Source: Bradyrhizobium sp. (GTDB lineage Bacteria; Pseudomonadota; Alphaproteobacteria; Rhizobiales; Xanthobacteraceae). Taken from it: 64,000 bases of DNA. The notes beneath the pieces are model-generated. The model was not told where the DNA came from. It saw nothing but the letters and a program-made list of their open reading frames with translations, and did not search any database. The stretch lies in NCBI RefSeq assembly GCF_035652035.1, contig NZ_DASREO010000097.1:310-64309 (forward strand). Direction: 5' to 3'. The position numbers and the translations under genes are program-made. Shown one piece after another: positions 1 through 11,000 of this stretch. Every line of letters begins with the position of its first letter. The first letter of the stretch is position 1.

Positions 1-236
1 GCCGGCCGCGACCAGTTTTCCGAGCTGAAGGAGAAAATGGTCAGATAACGAATGCCGAGTTCGCCGGCGGCGCGGACGACATGACGCAAGGCCTCGACGC
101 CGCGGCGATGACCTTCCACGCGGGGAAGGCCGCGCGCCGCGGCCCATCGTCCGTTGCCATCCATGATGATCGCAACGTGCAAGGGAGCGCCCCCTCGATC
201 CGGTCCTTCTGTCACGGGCGCTGCGGCATTCGACAT
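1..236 (-). CDS. uppS: Undecaprenyl diphosphate synthase / isoprenyl transferase (5' part; runs off window)
   Basis: Manual translation MSNAAAP...[13 protein letters not shown]...GHRRG...FSSENWSRP gives cis-prenyltransferase motifs; synteny with frr. Not in the ORF track. Confidence 0.95.
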   Translation of the reverse strand, partial: MSNAAAPVTEGPDRGGAPLHVAIIMDGNGRWAAARGLPRVEGHRRGVEALRHVVRAAGELGIRYLTIFSFSSENWSRP

Positions 237-301
237 CAATCAATCCCTCAAGGCGCGACTTCTAACATGAATGTTTTGGCCGATCGCACCCGAACAAAAG
301 G

Positions 302-865
302 CTAAACGGTAAGGATTTCTTTTTCCTTTGCCGCCAGCAGCTGATCGATTTCCGAGACCGTGCTGTCGGTCGCCTTCTGCACCTCGTTTGCATGGCGCTC
401 CTGATCGTCTTCGGACATCTCGTGATTCTTTTCGAGCTTCTTGAGCACGTCGAGACCGTCGCGCCGCACGTGCCTGACCGCGACCTTGGCGGCCTCCGCA
501 TATTTGTGAGCGACTTTGACCAGTTCCTTGCGGCGATCCTCGTTCAGTTCGGGAATCCGCAAGCGAAGCACCTGCCCCTCGGTTGCCGGACTGAGTCCGA
601 GATTGGAATCGACGATCGCCTTTTCCACCGCCTTGACCATCGATTTGTCCCACACCTGCACCGACAACAGGCGCGGCTCGGGCACGCTGATGGTCGCCAG
701 CTGATTGAGCGGCATGTGCGAGCCATAAGCCTCGACCTGGACCGGTTCCAGCATGGAGGCGGCGGCGCGCCCCGTTCGCAGGCCGCCGAGTTCGTGCTTG
801 AGCGATTGCGTGGCGCCCTGCATGCGGCGCTTCAGTTCATTGATGTCAAAATTACCGGCGGACAT
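302..865 (-). CDS. frr: Ribosome recycling factor
   Basis: LRTGRA...[12 protein letters not shown]...[14 protein letters not shown]; start set at the ATG with GGAG upstream (MSAGNFD). Confidence 0.97.
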   Translation of the reverse strand: MSAGNFDINELKRRMQGATQSLKHELGGLRTGRAAASMLEPVQVEAYGSHMPLNQLATISVPEPRLLSVQVWDKSMVKAVEKAIVDSNLGLSPATEGQVLRLRIPELNEDRRKELVKVAHKYAEAAKVAVRHVRRDGLDVLKKLEKNHEMSEDDQERHANEVQKATDSTVSEIDQLLAAKEKEILTV

Positions 866-938
866 GACGCTCTCCTCCTGAATACGATTGCCGTGGCGCT
901 GGGCCTGCCTGTTTTGCGCTGCAAAACAACAAAGACGG

Positions 939-1655
939 CTAACCGGCGACGATCGTGCCGCGACCGGTACCACTCAGAATGGCGCCGATTGAACCCGGTT
1001 CGGCAATCGAAAACACGATGATAGGCAGCGACGTCTCCCGGGCAAGCGCAAATGCGGTCGCATCCATGACCTTATAACCGCCGCCGATGGCCTCCGAATG
1101 GGTCAGGCGATCAAATCGCTTGGCGGACGGGTCCTTTTTCGGATCGGCGCTGTAGACGCCATCGACGTTGGTGGCTTTCAGCACCGCCTCCGCGCCGATT
1201 TCGGCCGCGCGCAACACCGCGGTGGTGTCGGTCGTAAAAAACGGGTTTCCGGTTCCACCGCCGAGCAGGACGATACGTCCCTCGGCGAGGTACTTGTGCG
1301 TCGCACTGCGGGTGAAAAGCTCGGCAACCTGCGGCATGACATGCGCCGAGAGAGCGCGCGCCGGCGCGCCCTGGCGCTCGATCGCAGCCTCCAGCGCCAG
1401 GCAGTTCATCACGGTTGCCAGCATGCCCATGGTGTCGCCGGTTGGCCGCGAGACACCACGCGAGGATACGTCCACGCCGCGCACGAGGTTGCCGCCACCA
1501 ACGACGACGGCAATTTCGACCCCGAGACCCTTGGCCGCGATCAGGTCTTTGGCAACACGGTCAATCGTCGGTTGGTCGAACCCCGACGGGTTCGCCCCGG
1601 CAAAATATTCGCCGGACAGTTTGATCACGACGCGACGATAGACCGGCCCTGCCAT
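939..1655 (-). CDS. pyrH: UMP kinase
   Basis: [33 protein letters not shown] motifs; tsf-pyrH-frr synteny. Confidence 0.97.
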   Translation of the reverse strand: MAGPVYRRVVIKLSGEYFAGANPSGFDQPTIDRVAKDLIAAKGLGVEIAVVVGGGNLVRGVDVSSRGVSRPTGDTMGMLATVMNCLALEAAIERQGAPARALSAHVMPQVAELFTRSATHKYLAEGRIVLLGGGTGNPFFTTDTTAVLRAAEIGAEAVLKATNVDGVYSADPKKDPSAKRFDRLTHSEAIGGGYKVMDATAFALARETSLPIIVFSIAEPGSIGAILSGTGRGTIVAG

Positions 1656-1680
1656 CTGCTAATCGCTTTCCCTATCCCGC

Positions 1681-1848
1681 CTAGAACTCCGATTCCGAAG
1701 TTCGCAAACTATCATGGCGACCTCCGATGCGAACTTCGGAATCAAAGGAGCTCTAGCAAGTCAATCACTTCTAGTGCGGCTTTGAATTTGAAGTTCCTGC
1801 GACGAGCTCGCTGTGAAACTGATTTGAACTTCAAATTCGCCGCACTAA
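1681..1848. repeat. CTAG-bounded double-hairpin MITE/REPIN-like element, copy 1
   Basis: Hairpin 1 CTAGAACTCC-GATTCCGAAGTTCGCA...TGCGAACTTCGGAATC-AAA-GGAGCTCTAG; hairpin 2 TAGTGCGGC-TTT-GAATTTGAAGTTC...GAACTTCAAATTC-GCCGCACTA. Same architecture at 22656-22822. Confidence 0.85.
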
Positions 1849-1891
1849 CAGCTCCCGGCGCAAACAGGCCGCAAGCACTATTCCCAGGCGG

Positions 1892-2815
1892 TTATTTCTG
1901 GCCGCTGGCGGCCGCAACTTCGGCCGCGAAGTCGGTTTCCTGCTTCTCGATTCCTTCACCGAGAGCATAGCGCAAAAATCCGGCAACCTTGACCGGGCCG
2001 CCGACCTTACCCTCAGCTTCCTTCAGCGCCTGGGCAACCGACTTGCCGCTGTCGTGAATGAAGGCCTGCTCGAGGAGGCAAACCTCCTTGTAGTAGGTCT
2101 TCAAGCCGGACTCGACGATCTTTTCGATCACGTTTTCCGGCTTGCCCTGCTGACGATATTTGTCCGCGAGCACGTCCTTCTCGCGCTTGACCGTCGCCGG
2201 ATCGAGCCCGGCCGGCTCGATAGCAAGCGGGTTGGCGGCTGCGACATGCATCGCAAGCTGCTTGCCGAGCACGGCGAGTTCGTCGGTCTTGCCGGACGAT
2301 TCCAGCGCGACGATCACACCCATCTTGCCGGCGCCTTCGACCACCGCATTGTGCACGTAGCTCGACACAACGCCCTTGGCGACTTCGAGCGAAGCGGCAC
2401 GGCGCAGCGTCATGTTCTCGCCAATGGTGGCGATCGCATCCGAGATCGCCTGTTCGACCGTGACGGCGCCGACCTTGGCCGCCTTGATCTTTTCGACATC
2501 AGCGCCGACGTCGAGCGCAACCTGCGCGACCATCTTGACAAGGCCCTGGAAGTGCTCGTTGCGAGCGACGAAGTCGGTCTCCGAGTTGACCTCGACGACG
2601 ACGCCCTTGGTGCCTTTGGTGACGGCTGCAATCAGCCCCTCGGCTGCGACGCGGCCTGCTTTCTTGGCAGCTTTCGACAGGCCCTTCTTGCGCAGCCAAT
2701 CCTGCGCGGCCTGCATGTCGCCACCCGTCTCAGTCAGTGCCGCCTTGCAATCCATCATGCCCGCGCCGGTGGATTCGCGCAGGTCCTTCACCATCGCCGC
2801 CGAGATTGTCGCCAT
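1892..2815 (-). CDS. tsf: Translation elongation factor Ts
   Basis: [28 protein letters not shown] motifs. Confidence 0.98.
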   Translation of the reverse strand: MATISAAMVKDLRESTGAGMMDCKAALTETGGDMQAAQDWLRKKGLSKAAKKAGRVAAEGLIAAVTKGTKGVVVEVNSETDFVARNEHFQGLVKMVAQVALDVGADVEKIKAAKVGAVTVEQAISDAIATIGENMTLRRAASLEVAKGVVSSYVHNAVVEGAGKMGVIVALESSGKTDELAVLGKQLAMHVAAANPLAIEPAGLDPATVKREKDVLADKYRQQGKPENVIEKIVESGLKTYYKEVCLLEQAFIHDSGKSVAQALKEAEGKVGGPVKVAGFLRYALGEGIEKQETDFAAEVAAASGQK

Positions 2816-2939
2816 GTCGCTATCGTCCTTTGCCTGTGACGGCGGTGGCAGTCGGATCGACCTCCGCTACCTACCGTCACCGATGCCGTAAACTGGAATA
2901 TGCCTGTCATGCCGGCCGGTTTTTCCGGCCGGCATCTTG

Positions 2940-3935
2940 TTATTCCGCTTCAGCGGTCAGGGCCTTGGCCTGGGAAACCCAAGCGTCGGCACGGGCCGGA
3001 AGACCGACCTCTTCGCCGATCTTGTGGGCCGTATCGTGATCGAGCTCGGCAAGCTGCCAGTAGTGGAAGATGCCGAGATCGTTCAGCTTCTTCTCGATGG
3101 TGCCGGACACGCCGGTGAGCTTCTTGAGATTGTCCGGCGCGCCGCGCGGACCGGCCAGGCCCTGGAAACCAGCCGGCGCAGCAGCCGGAGTTTCCTCACG
3201 TGCCGGATGAGCCGAAGCGCCGATATCGATGCCGGCATCGCCCTGTGCACGGGAAATGCCGTCGATCGCCGCGCGTGCCACCAGATCGCAATAGAGCGAG
3301 ATCGCACGCCCAGCGTCGTCGTTGCCGGGCACGACATAGGTGATGCCCTTCGGATCGGAATTGGTATCGACGATCGCCGCCACCGGAATGTTCAGCCGCT
3401 GGGCTTCCTGGATCGCGATGTCTTCCTTGTTGGTGTCGATCACGAAGATCATGTCCGGCAGGCCGCCCATGTCCTTGATGCCGCCGAGCGAGCGGTCGAG
3501 CTTGTCGCGCTCGCGCTGCAACGTCAGCCGCTCCTTCTTGGTGTAGGCGTTGGCATCGCCGGAATTGAGCACCTCGTCGAGGTGCCGCAGGCGCTTGATC
3601 GAGGCGGAAATCGTCTTCCAGTTGGTCAGCGTGCCGCCGAGCCAGCGCGAGTTGACGAAATACTGCGCCGAACGCTTCGCAGCCTCGGCAACACCGTCCT
3701 GGGCCTGCCGCTTGGTGCCGACGAACAGGATGCGGCCGCCCTTGGCGACGGTGTCGCTCACGGCCTGCAACGCGCGATGCATCATCGGCACGGTCTGCGC
3801 GAGGTCGATGATGTGGATGTTGTTGCGCGCACCAAAAATGTAGTCGGCCATTTTCGGATTCCAGCGGTGCGACTGGTGGCCAAAGTGGACGCCAGCCTCA
3901 AGCAGCTGACGCATAGAAAAATCGGGTAGTGCCAT
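2940..3935 (-). CDS. rpsB: 30S ribosomal protein S2 with C-terminal HhH-like extension
   Basis: [11 protein letters not shown]...[20 protein letters not shown] motifs. Confidence 0.98.
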   Translation of the reverse strand: MALPDFSMRQLLEAGVHFGHQSHRWNPKMADYIFGARNNIHIIDLAQTVPMMHRALQAVSDTVAKGGRILFVGTKRQAQDGVAEAAKRSAQYFVNSRWLGGTLTNWKTISASIKRLRHLDEVLNSGDANAYTKKERLTLQRERDKLDRSLGGIKDMGGLPDMIFVIDTNKEDIAIQEAQRLNIPVAAIVDTNSDPKGITYVVPGNDDAGRAISLYCDLVARAAIDGISRAQGDAGIDIGASAHPAREETPAAAPAGFQGLAGPRGAPDNLKKLTGVSGTIEKKLNDLGIFHYWQLAELDHDTAHKIGEEVGLPARADAWVSQAKALTAEAE

Positions 3936-3939
3936 GACT

Positions 3940-4040
3940 TAAGTTCTCCGGTTGGTTCCTCCGGAAACGTGTGAGCAGGCGAGCCTAATGGCCCGGCTGC
4001 CACCGGACGGCCTTGTGAGCCATGTTTCCGTGTGAGATGG
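3940..4040 (-). ncRNA. Probable rpsB 5' leader (S2 autoregulatory, t44-like)
   Basis: About 100-nt untranslated leader between the candidate promoter and the GGAGA SD of rpsB. Family assigned from position only. Confidence 0.4.
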
Positions 4041-4044
4041 CGCG

Positions 4045-4074
4045 CTATATAGCCGGATTTTCGCGAGAAGCAAG
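4045..4074 (-). promoter_or_regulatory. Sigma70-type promoter of rpsB-tsf
   Basis: CTTGCT-N16-CTATAT on the minus strand, close to the rhizobial CTTGAC-N17-CTATAT consensus. Confidence 0.6.
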
Positions 4075-4185
4075 GAAATACGGGGCTTTTCGAACCCAAA
4101 TCGGCGGCCAAACGGCCGGAAACCGCCCAATTGGCATTTCACCGCCTAAATCGGGCCGAAACCGCCCTTGGCGCCGTTCGTCAGC

Positions 4186-4716
4186 TCAAGAAGACCCCGG
4201 CTCGAGCTCAGCAAGCGCGGTTCTCGCCGTGGATTCGTCCAGCGGAATGAGCTGGGCCGGCCCCTGCCCCTCCTTGTCGGAGGTCGCCACGGTCGTCACC
4301 AGCATCCCCGCCAACCCCGCCACGACAGCGCCGCCGGTCACCGCATCGTGCCGCTCGCTCGACCGCACGAGGAAATAGTAGGTGCGGCCGGGAGCCGTCA
4401 TGATCTCGCGTCTGGTCTCACCCGGAAACAGAGCCTCGGTAGCAACCAGCTGATGCCGGCCCGCCGGACGGTCAGCGTAGACGTAGGTGCCGACGATCAC
4501 CTTCCCGATCGGATTTCCATCGATTGCGATTTGGCAGGCACAAAGCGCCATACTAAGCCCCTGGCGCTTCTCCTGAAACACCACGACCCGCGATTGCCCT
4601 GCGCGCGGCGGTCCCACCTTCTGGGCGACGGACATATAGTCGGTGCCAACGCCATCGCTCACACAGCCCGACAGGAGCACCGTTCCTGCCAACATCACCG
4701 CACGTCTCAACATCAC
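4186..4716 (-). CDS. Lipoprotein, DUF2846-like
   Basis: Signal peptide with lipobox LSGC; IDG.PIG...GTYVYAD.PAG.H pattern. Confidence 0.7.
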   Translation of the reverse strand: MMLRRAVMLAGTVLLSGCVSDGVGTDYMSVAQKVGPPRAGQSRVVVFQEKRQGLSMALCACQIAIDGNPIGKVIVGTYVYADRPAGRHQLVATEALFPGETRREIMTAPGRTYYFLVRSSERHDAVTGGAVVAGLAGMLVTTVATSDKEGQGPAQLIPLDESTARTALAELEPGSS

Positions 4717-4827
4717 GCCCCCGAAACATCACCCCCTAGCAAATAAGCAGATGCTCCTTCTGGTTGCAACCGCTTCGAGCACACCGTGGACCCCGCGCAA
4801 CTACGGAGCAGGCTGTAAGGTCAAAAA

Positions 4828-5790
4828 TCAGCGCGTCGTTTCGCTCGGCTTGATTTGACGGCGGTCCGCATCGAGATCGGCCCTGAGGCCGGCAACGTTT
4901 TTGAAAAAGACGTCCGGCGTGCGCAGCGGCACGGTGCGAAACTCCGGCGGCAGCATGAGGCGGGCCGTGGTTTGCCGCCCAATGTCGGAGAAGGCCTCGG
5001 AGCGCTGCAGCGTCTGCGCGCCGATCGCGAGAACGAGAACGACCACCACGATGGTGGCCTTCAGCCAGGCCCCCCGCGCACTGATGGCGCGCAAATGCAG
5101 GAAGCATGCGGCAGCCAGGATCGTCCATGTCGCCGCATACTCGTAGTCGCCCGGCACCGGCAAGGTCAGTCCGAAGGCGGCGTATTTGGCAAACTCGTTG
5201 TAGAGCAGCGAAACCAGCACGGCCACGAGCGCGATCATGAGGTTGCGCAGAAACTGCGAGCGCCCGGCAAGCAACCGTGAGACCAGCGCCCAGATGCCGA
5301 CCCAGACCAGCAGCACGCCGGCCATCGTCAGCATTGGCGTCATGTAATTCGACAACCGCGGCTCGCCCGTCTGGGCGAGCCAGACCCGCAGCACGATGAA
5401 TGCAAACACGATCACCGTCATGGCGGCGACCATGACCGTCGACAGCGCGCCGCGCTCTGCGATCACCTTGCGTTCGGGCTCGACGGCATGATCGCGGTCG
5501 CGAACTCGCAGCAGCGTCTGGCCAATCCGGAACGGCGCATCCCCGTCGATCGCAAGGCGCGTGAGCGGACCTTTGCCGCCGTCGAGGAAAATGCCGTTGG
5601 CGGTCCCTAGGTCCTCTGCGGTCAATTGTCCCGCCTCGTCGCGCGATATACGCAGATGACGGGCGGCGACATAGGGGTCGTCGATGATGACATCGTTGTC
5701 ATAGCCGCGGCCGATGCTGGCCGCCTCGCCAGCAATCCGGGTTCGGCTGACGACGTCGCGATGACGAGAGAGAATTTCGACCCAGATCAT
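4828..5790 (-). CDS. FHA-domain polytopic membrane protein
   Basis: SIGRGYDNDVIIDDPYVAARH...DLGTANG FHA motifs followed by ~6 hydrophobic segments; ATG overlaps the upstream stop (ATGA). Confidence 0.85.
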   Translation of the reverse strand: MIWVEILSRHRDVVSRTRIAGEAASIGRGYDNDVIIDDPYVAARHLRISRDEAGQLTAEDLGTANGIFLDGGKGPLTRLAIDGDAPFRIGQTLLRVRDRDHAVEPERKVIAERGALSTVMVAAMTVIVFAFIVLRVWLAQTGEPRLSNYMTPMLTMAGVLLVWVGIWALVSRLLAGRSQFLRNLMIALVAVLVSLLYNEFAKYAAFGLTLPVPGDYEYAATWTILAAACFLHLRAISARGAWLKATIVVVVLVLAIGAQTLQRSEAFSDIGRQTTARLMLPPEFRTVPLRTPDVFFKNVAGLRADLDADRRQIKPSETTR

Positions 5791-7085
5791 TTGTTCACCC
5801 GAACCGCGTCGAGGAACCGCCGGCCGATGTCCATCGCATCGTCGTAGGCGACGGCCTGCATGCTCAGCCGCGAGACCAGCGCCTCGTTGCCGTCGTCCTG
5901 GGTGACGGCGACCAGCGCCACGTCGTAGAGGCCGTCGAACTCGCGATAGGCTTGGGCGCACCACATCACCCGCAGCGCCGGACGATCCGGCGCCGCAGCG
6001 CTGCCAACGAAATCCTCACGGCAGCGCTCCGGCGTGTACCATTTCCGGTAAGGCCCACCACCCACCAGACTGGGTTGGCTGAGTCGGGCGAGATAAGTTG
6101 CAAACTGAAACTCGTTGAGCTCGGTAGAACTGACATATGAGTGCTTGGTCTGAATTGACCCGGTGTTCAGGTCGGAAGCAACGAACAGGCTGGTCTCGCT
6201 GGCACAGCTCGTTGACTTCTCGGCAAAGCGCGGCTTGGGCGCGACGCCGGAATTGGTCTGCGACCAGCAATTGAACCACGGCGCGTCCGTCTCCGGTCCC
6301 CGGTACGGACCGAGCGCAACCGAACGGAATCCCCGTTCTCGGAGGGATTTGTAGAGCGCCGTGCGCTCATCGGTGATTTGCCGACCGATCTCGGCGCGGA
6401 AATCCGGCGTTACCTTCTGATCGCGGACCCGCGCGAGCAGCGCTTCGGCGAACCGCGCAGGCACGAGAAAGCTGATGAGCTGTCCGCCGCGGCGCGTCGC
6501 GACATTGACGCCGACGACCGCGCCGTCGACGGTGACCGCAGGCCCGCCACTCATTCCGGGATTGAGCGCGCCGGTGAAATGGATGCGATCGATGTAGCTG
6601 TGTTCGACCAGACCGTTATAGGTCCCCTCGACGATCGTGAACCCGAGCTCGAGCGGATTGCCCATGGCGTAGAGCCGCTCGCCCTTCGACACCTCGCCGC
6701 GGATCGCCGCGGGATCGAACGCGAAGAACGGCGCATCGTGCTTGTCGATCCGCACGATCGCGAGGTCGTTGGGAAGATCGACGCCGAGGAGATGCACTTC
6801 GCCATGCGTGCCGTCCGCCGCGGTGTATTCGAGGCGGTAGGTGTTCGGCTCAAGCACGACCTGGGAGACGACGTGATAGTTGGTGACGGCAAGGCCGTCG
6901 GCGGAGACGAGGAATGCGGAGCCGTTGGAGGTCTGCTGGCCGGCACCCGTCACCAGCGTGCGAATTTGCAACAGCCGTGGCGGCGCGCTGGCATAGACCG
7001 CTTCCGCGCCCGGAATCTGACCGGGCGCCGCATCCGCAGCAGCGCAGCCAAGCGCTGCTGATATCAAGAACCAGAGCACGCGCAT
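5787..7085 (-). CDS. Exported trypsin-like (S1C) serine protease
   Basis: Triad motifs TNYHVV, DLAIV, NPGMSGGP; signal peptide; Cys-containing C-terminal domain with no evident PDZ. Confidence 0.88.
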   Translation of the reverse strand: MRVLWFLISAALGCAAADAAPGQIPGAEAVYASAPPRLLQIRTLVTGAGQQTSNGSAFLVSADGLAVTNYHVVSQVVLEPNTYRLEYTAADGTHGEVHLLGVDLPNDLAIVRIDKHDAPFFAFDPAAIRGEVSKGERLYAMGNPLELGFTIVEGTYNGLVEHSYIDRIHFTGALNPGMSGGPAVTVDGAVVGVNVATRRGGQLISFLVPARFAEALLARVRDQKVTPDFRAEIGRQITDERTALYKSLRERGFRSVALGPYRGPETDAPWFNCWSQTNSGVAPKPRFAEKSTSCASETSLFVASDLNTGSIQTKHSYVSSTELNEFQFATYLARLSQPSLVGGGPYRKWYTPERCREDFVGSAAAPDRPALRVMWCAQAYREFDGLYDVALVAVTQDDGNEALVSRLSMQAVAYDDAMDIGRRFLDAVRVNK

Positions 7086-7269
7086 CGGGATTGCAAACCA
7101 AGCCGTCACAACGTCACCGCAATCCATTCAGGCTGAATAGCGCCCATTGCTGTCTGCTGGCAGCCGTTTAGCCAAAACACCGTTTGGTTGCAACAATCCG
7201 GCCCGAGCGCCGCGCCGAGCCAGCGAGAAGGAAACGAATGGCGGCGCGAAACGCTCCCTTTTCGATCGC

Positions 7270-8001
7270 TTACGCGACCATATCGACCTTGCCGTCCTTC
7301 AGCCGGTAGATGCCGCCAACCACCTTGAGTTTGTTCTGTTCGACTGCCGCGCTGAGGATGGGCGTCGCCGCTTTCAGCTTGGCGACATTGTCCAGGACGT
7401 TCTGACGGATCGCATTGTCGAGCACATTCCCCGCCTGGCCTGTAACCGCCTTGACCGATGGGCTGAGGCCGGTCACCAGCGAGGGCATGTGGCCCGGCAG
7501 TGGCTTGTCGTCCTTGAGAGATTTGATGGTTGCATCCACCGCGCCGCAGGCATCGTGGCCGAGGACGAGGATCAGCGGCGCCGCCAGGATCGCGACGGCG
7601 TATTCGAGGCTCGCCACGGTTTCCTCGGTGGCAAAATTGCCGGCGACGCGGCAGACGAAGAGATCGCCCCTCCCGCTGTCGAAGGCGTATTCGGGGGCGA
7701 TGCGCGAGTCGGCGCAGCTCAGGATCGCGGCGTAGGGATTCTGGCCGCCCGCAAGCGCTTCGCGCTCATGTCTGAAATCGTGGCGCCGTGCGATGCCTTC
7801 AACATAGCGGTGATTGCCTTCCATCAGACGCTTCAAGGACGCATCCGGCGAGATCACGTTTTCGGGCTTGGGCGGCGCCTTGGTTTCCTTGGCGTCAGTG
7901 GCGCTGGCCCAGAACAAACCCGCGGCCGCAGCACCCAGCAGTAAATTTCGTCGCGTCGGCGCGAACGAATGATACGAGTCCTTCCGGCACATCTGGCACA
8001 T
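7270..8001 (-). CDS. Beta-class carbonic anhydrase, Tat-exported
   Basis: CADSR, RVAGN and HDACGA zinc motifs; TRRNLL twin-arginine signal; start set at MCQMC. Confidence 0.92.
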   Translation of the reverse strand: MCQMCRKDSYHSFAPTRRNLLLGAAAAGLFWASATDAKETKAPPKPENVISPDASLKRLMEGNHRYVEGIARRHDFRHEREALAGGQNPYAAILSCADSRIAPEYAFDSGRGDLFVCRVAGNFATEETVASLEYAVAILAAPLILVLGHDACGAVDATIKSLKDDKPLPGHMPSLVTGLSPSVKAVTGQAGNVLDNAIRQNVLDNVAKLKAATPILSAAVEQNKLKVVGGIYRLKDGKVDMVA

Positions 8002-8077
8002 CGAAAAGCTCCGTCGTTTGTCTGCCCAGCTTCCGATTTTCCGATATCTCTGGGAAGCCTCCTTGATACTCTCTTGC

Positions 8078-11000
8078 CTAGAGCGTCTCCACCATTTCCA
8101 CGCCGGCGACCGCCTTGATGGCGCCGGCAATCTGCGGCGACACCTGGAAACGGCCTTCCAGCTTGAACTCGATCTCGGTTTGCATATCGAGCCGCAGCAC
8201 CAGCGCGATATCGCCGCTGCCCGACTGACCGGCCGGCGGCGAAAGCCGCCGCGCGATCGACTCCAGCGGTTTGGTATCGCGCAGGAAAATGCGCAGACCT
8301 TTTTGGGTCTTTGCGGCGGCAGCATCGAGCGCTTCGGCATGCAGCACACGCGCGCGCACGTCCTCGCCCTGCAATTCCGCTCCCAGTTGCAGAAGCACGG
8401 CTGCGCCTGGCTCCAGAATATCCCGGTACTGAGCGAGGCCTTCGGAGAACAACACCGCCTCGAAATGACCGGTCGGGTCCGACAGCCCAATGATGCCCAT
8501 CTTGTTGCCGGTCTTGGTGCGCCGTTCCATGCGCGAGACCACCGTCGCGGCGACCTTGCCGGCGGTCGCGCCCGTCTTCACCGCGCGCGAGAACTCAGCC
8601 CAGGATTGTACGCGCAGCCGCTTGAGCACCGTCGCGTAGTCGTCGAGCGGATGGCCTGACAGGAAGAAGCCGATCGCATCATATTCGCGACGCAGCCGCT
8701 CGGCCGGCAGCCATGGCTCGACCTGCGGCAGTATGATCGTTGGCGCATCGGCCGCCCCGCCAAACATGTCGTTCTGGCCAGAGGTTGCGGCTTCATGGCT
8801 GCGCTGGCAGGCGGCGAGGATCGCATCGGCGCCGGCAAAGACCCGCGCGCGGTTCGGCTCGAGCGTGTCGAACGCACCGGCGGCGGCAAGGCTCTCGATG
8901 ATGCGCTTGTTGATCGCGCGCGGGTTCACGCGGGAGGCAAAATCCGCAAGCGACGTGAATTGCCCGTCGCGGCGCGCTTCGATGATCAGTTCGACGGCCT
9001 GCTGGCCGACGCCCTTGAGCGCCGCAAGCGCATAAAAGATCGTGCCGTTTGCGACCTCGAACACGGCGCCGGAGCGGTTGATATTCGGGGCCTCGACCTT
9101 GATGCCGAGCCGCTGCGCCTCGGCGCGAAATTCGGAGAGCTTGTCAGTGTTGTTGAGATCGAGCGTCATCGACGCTGCGATGAATTCGACTGGATAATGC
9201 GCCTTCATATAGGCGGTGTGATACGAGACGAGCGCGTAGGCCGCCGCGTGGCTCTTGTTGAAGCCGTAGTCGGCAAATTTCGCGAGCAATTCGAAGATCG
9301 TTTCCGCCTGCCCTTTCGGCACGCCGGTCTTGACCGAACCGGCGACAAAGACCGCGCGTTGCTTCTCCATCTCGGCGCGGATCTTCTTGCCCATCGCGCG
9401 GCGCAGCAGGTCGGCGTCGCCGAGCGAATAGCCGGCCATCACCTGCGCGATCTGCATCACCTGTTCCTGGTAGATGATGACGCCGAACGTTTCTTTCAGG
9501 ATCGGCTCGAGCAGCGGATGCAGATATTCCGGCTCCTCGTCGCCATGCTTGCGCGCGCAATAGGTCGGGATGTTCGCCATCGGGCCGGGGCGATAAAGCG
9601 CGACCAGCGCGATGATGTCCTCGAAACGGTCCGGCCGCATGTCGACGAGCGCCCGCCGCATGCCCTGACTTTCCACCTGGAACACGCCGACCACGTCGCC
9701 ACGCGCCAGCATCTGGTAACTCGGCGCGTCATCGAGCGGCAGCGTCGGCAGGTCGACTTCGACGTTGCGCTGCTTGAGCAGTTTGACGGCGACGTCGAGC
9801 ACGGTGAGCGTCTTCAAACCCAGAAAGTCGAATTTGACGAGGCCCGCGGGTTCGACCCACTTCATGTTGAACTGGGTGACCGGCATGTCGGATTTCGGAT
9901 CGCGGTAGAGCGGCACGAGTTCGCTGAGCGGACGATCGCCGATCACGATGCCGGCGGCGTGGGTCGATGCATGCCGCGTCAGGCCTTCGAGGCGCTGGGC
10001 GATGTCGAAGGCGCGCGCAACCACCGGATCCTCGTCGCGGAACGCCTGGAGTTTTGGTTCACTTTCGATCGCGGCGGCCAGCGTAACGGGAGCGGCCGGG
10101 TTTTGCGGCACGAGCTTGGTCAGCTTGTCGACCTGCCCGTAGGGCATTTGCAGCACGCGCCCGACGTCGCGAAGCACGCCGCGCGCCTGAAGCGTTCCGA
10201 AGGTGATGATCTGCGCGACCTGATCGCGGCCGTAGCGCTGCTGGACGTAGTTGATTACTTCGCCGCGGCGGTCCTGGCAGAAGTCGATGTCGAAGTCCGG
10301 CATCGAGACGCGTTCCGGATTGAGGAAGCGCTCGAACAGCAGCCCAAAGCGGATCGGATCGAGATCGGTGATGGTGAGTGCATAGGCGACCAGCGAGCCG
10401 GCGCCGGAGCCGCGGCCAGGGCCAACCGGAATGCCGTGCGCCTTGGCCCATTTAATGAAGTCGGCAACGATCAGGAAATAGCCCGCATAGTTCATGCGGG
10501 TGATGACGTCGAGTTCGAAGGCAAGCCGCGCGCGGTAGTCCTCGTCGGAGCTGCCTTGCGACATGCCGTGAACGGAAAGCCGGCGCGACAGCCCCTCCTC
10601 GGCCTGGCGGCGCAACTCGGCGGCCTCCTCCTTGGCCGCATCGTCGGCATGGGAGCCGGCGCCAACCGTGAAGCGCGGCAAAATCGGCTTGCGCGTTTTG
10701 GGACGAAACGCGCAGCGTTCGGCGATCTCGATCGTCGAGCTCAGCGCTTCCGGTATGTCGGCGAACAGCACCGCCATTTCCGCGCGCGTCTTGAAACGAT
10801 GATCTGGCGTGAGCTGCTCGCGCTCGGTTTCGGCGATCAGTCGTCCGCCGGCGATACAGAGCAGCGCATCGTGCGCCTCGTAGTCGTCCGACGTCGCGAA
10901 GTACGGCTCGTTGGTTGCGACCAGTGGCAGGCCCTTCGCATAGGCAAGGTCGATCAACCCGGCTTCGATGCGACGTTCCTTGTCGATGCTATGCCGCTGC

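Noticed and set aside
1681-1848. CRISPR-like interpretation of the palindromic repeats
   Set aside because: These are inverted repeats in two distant copies, with no regularly spaced direct repeats and no cas genes.
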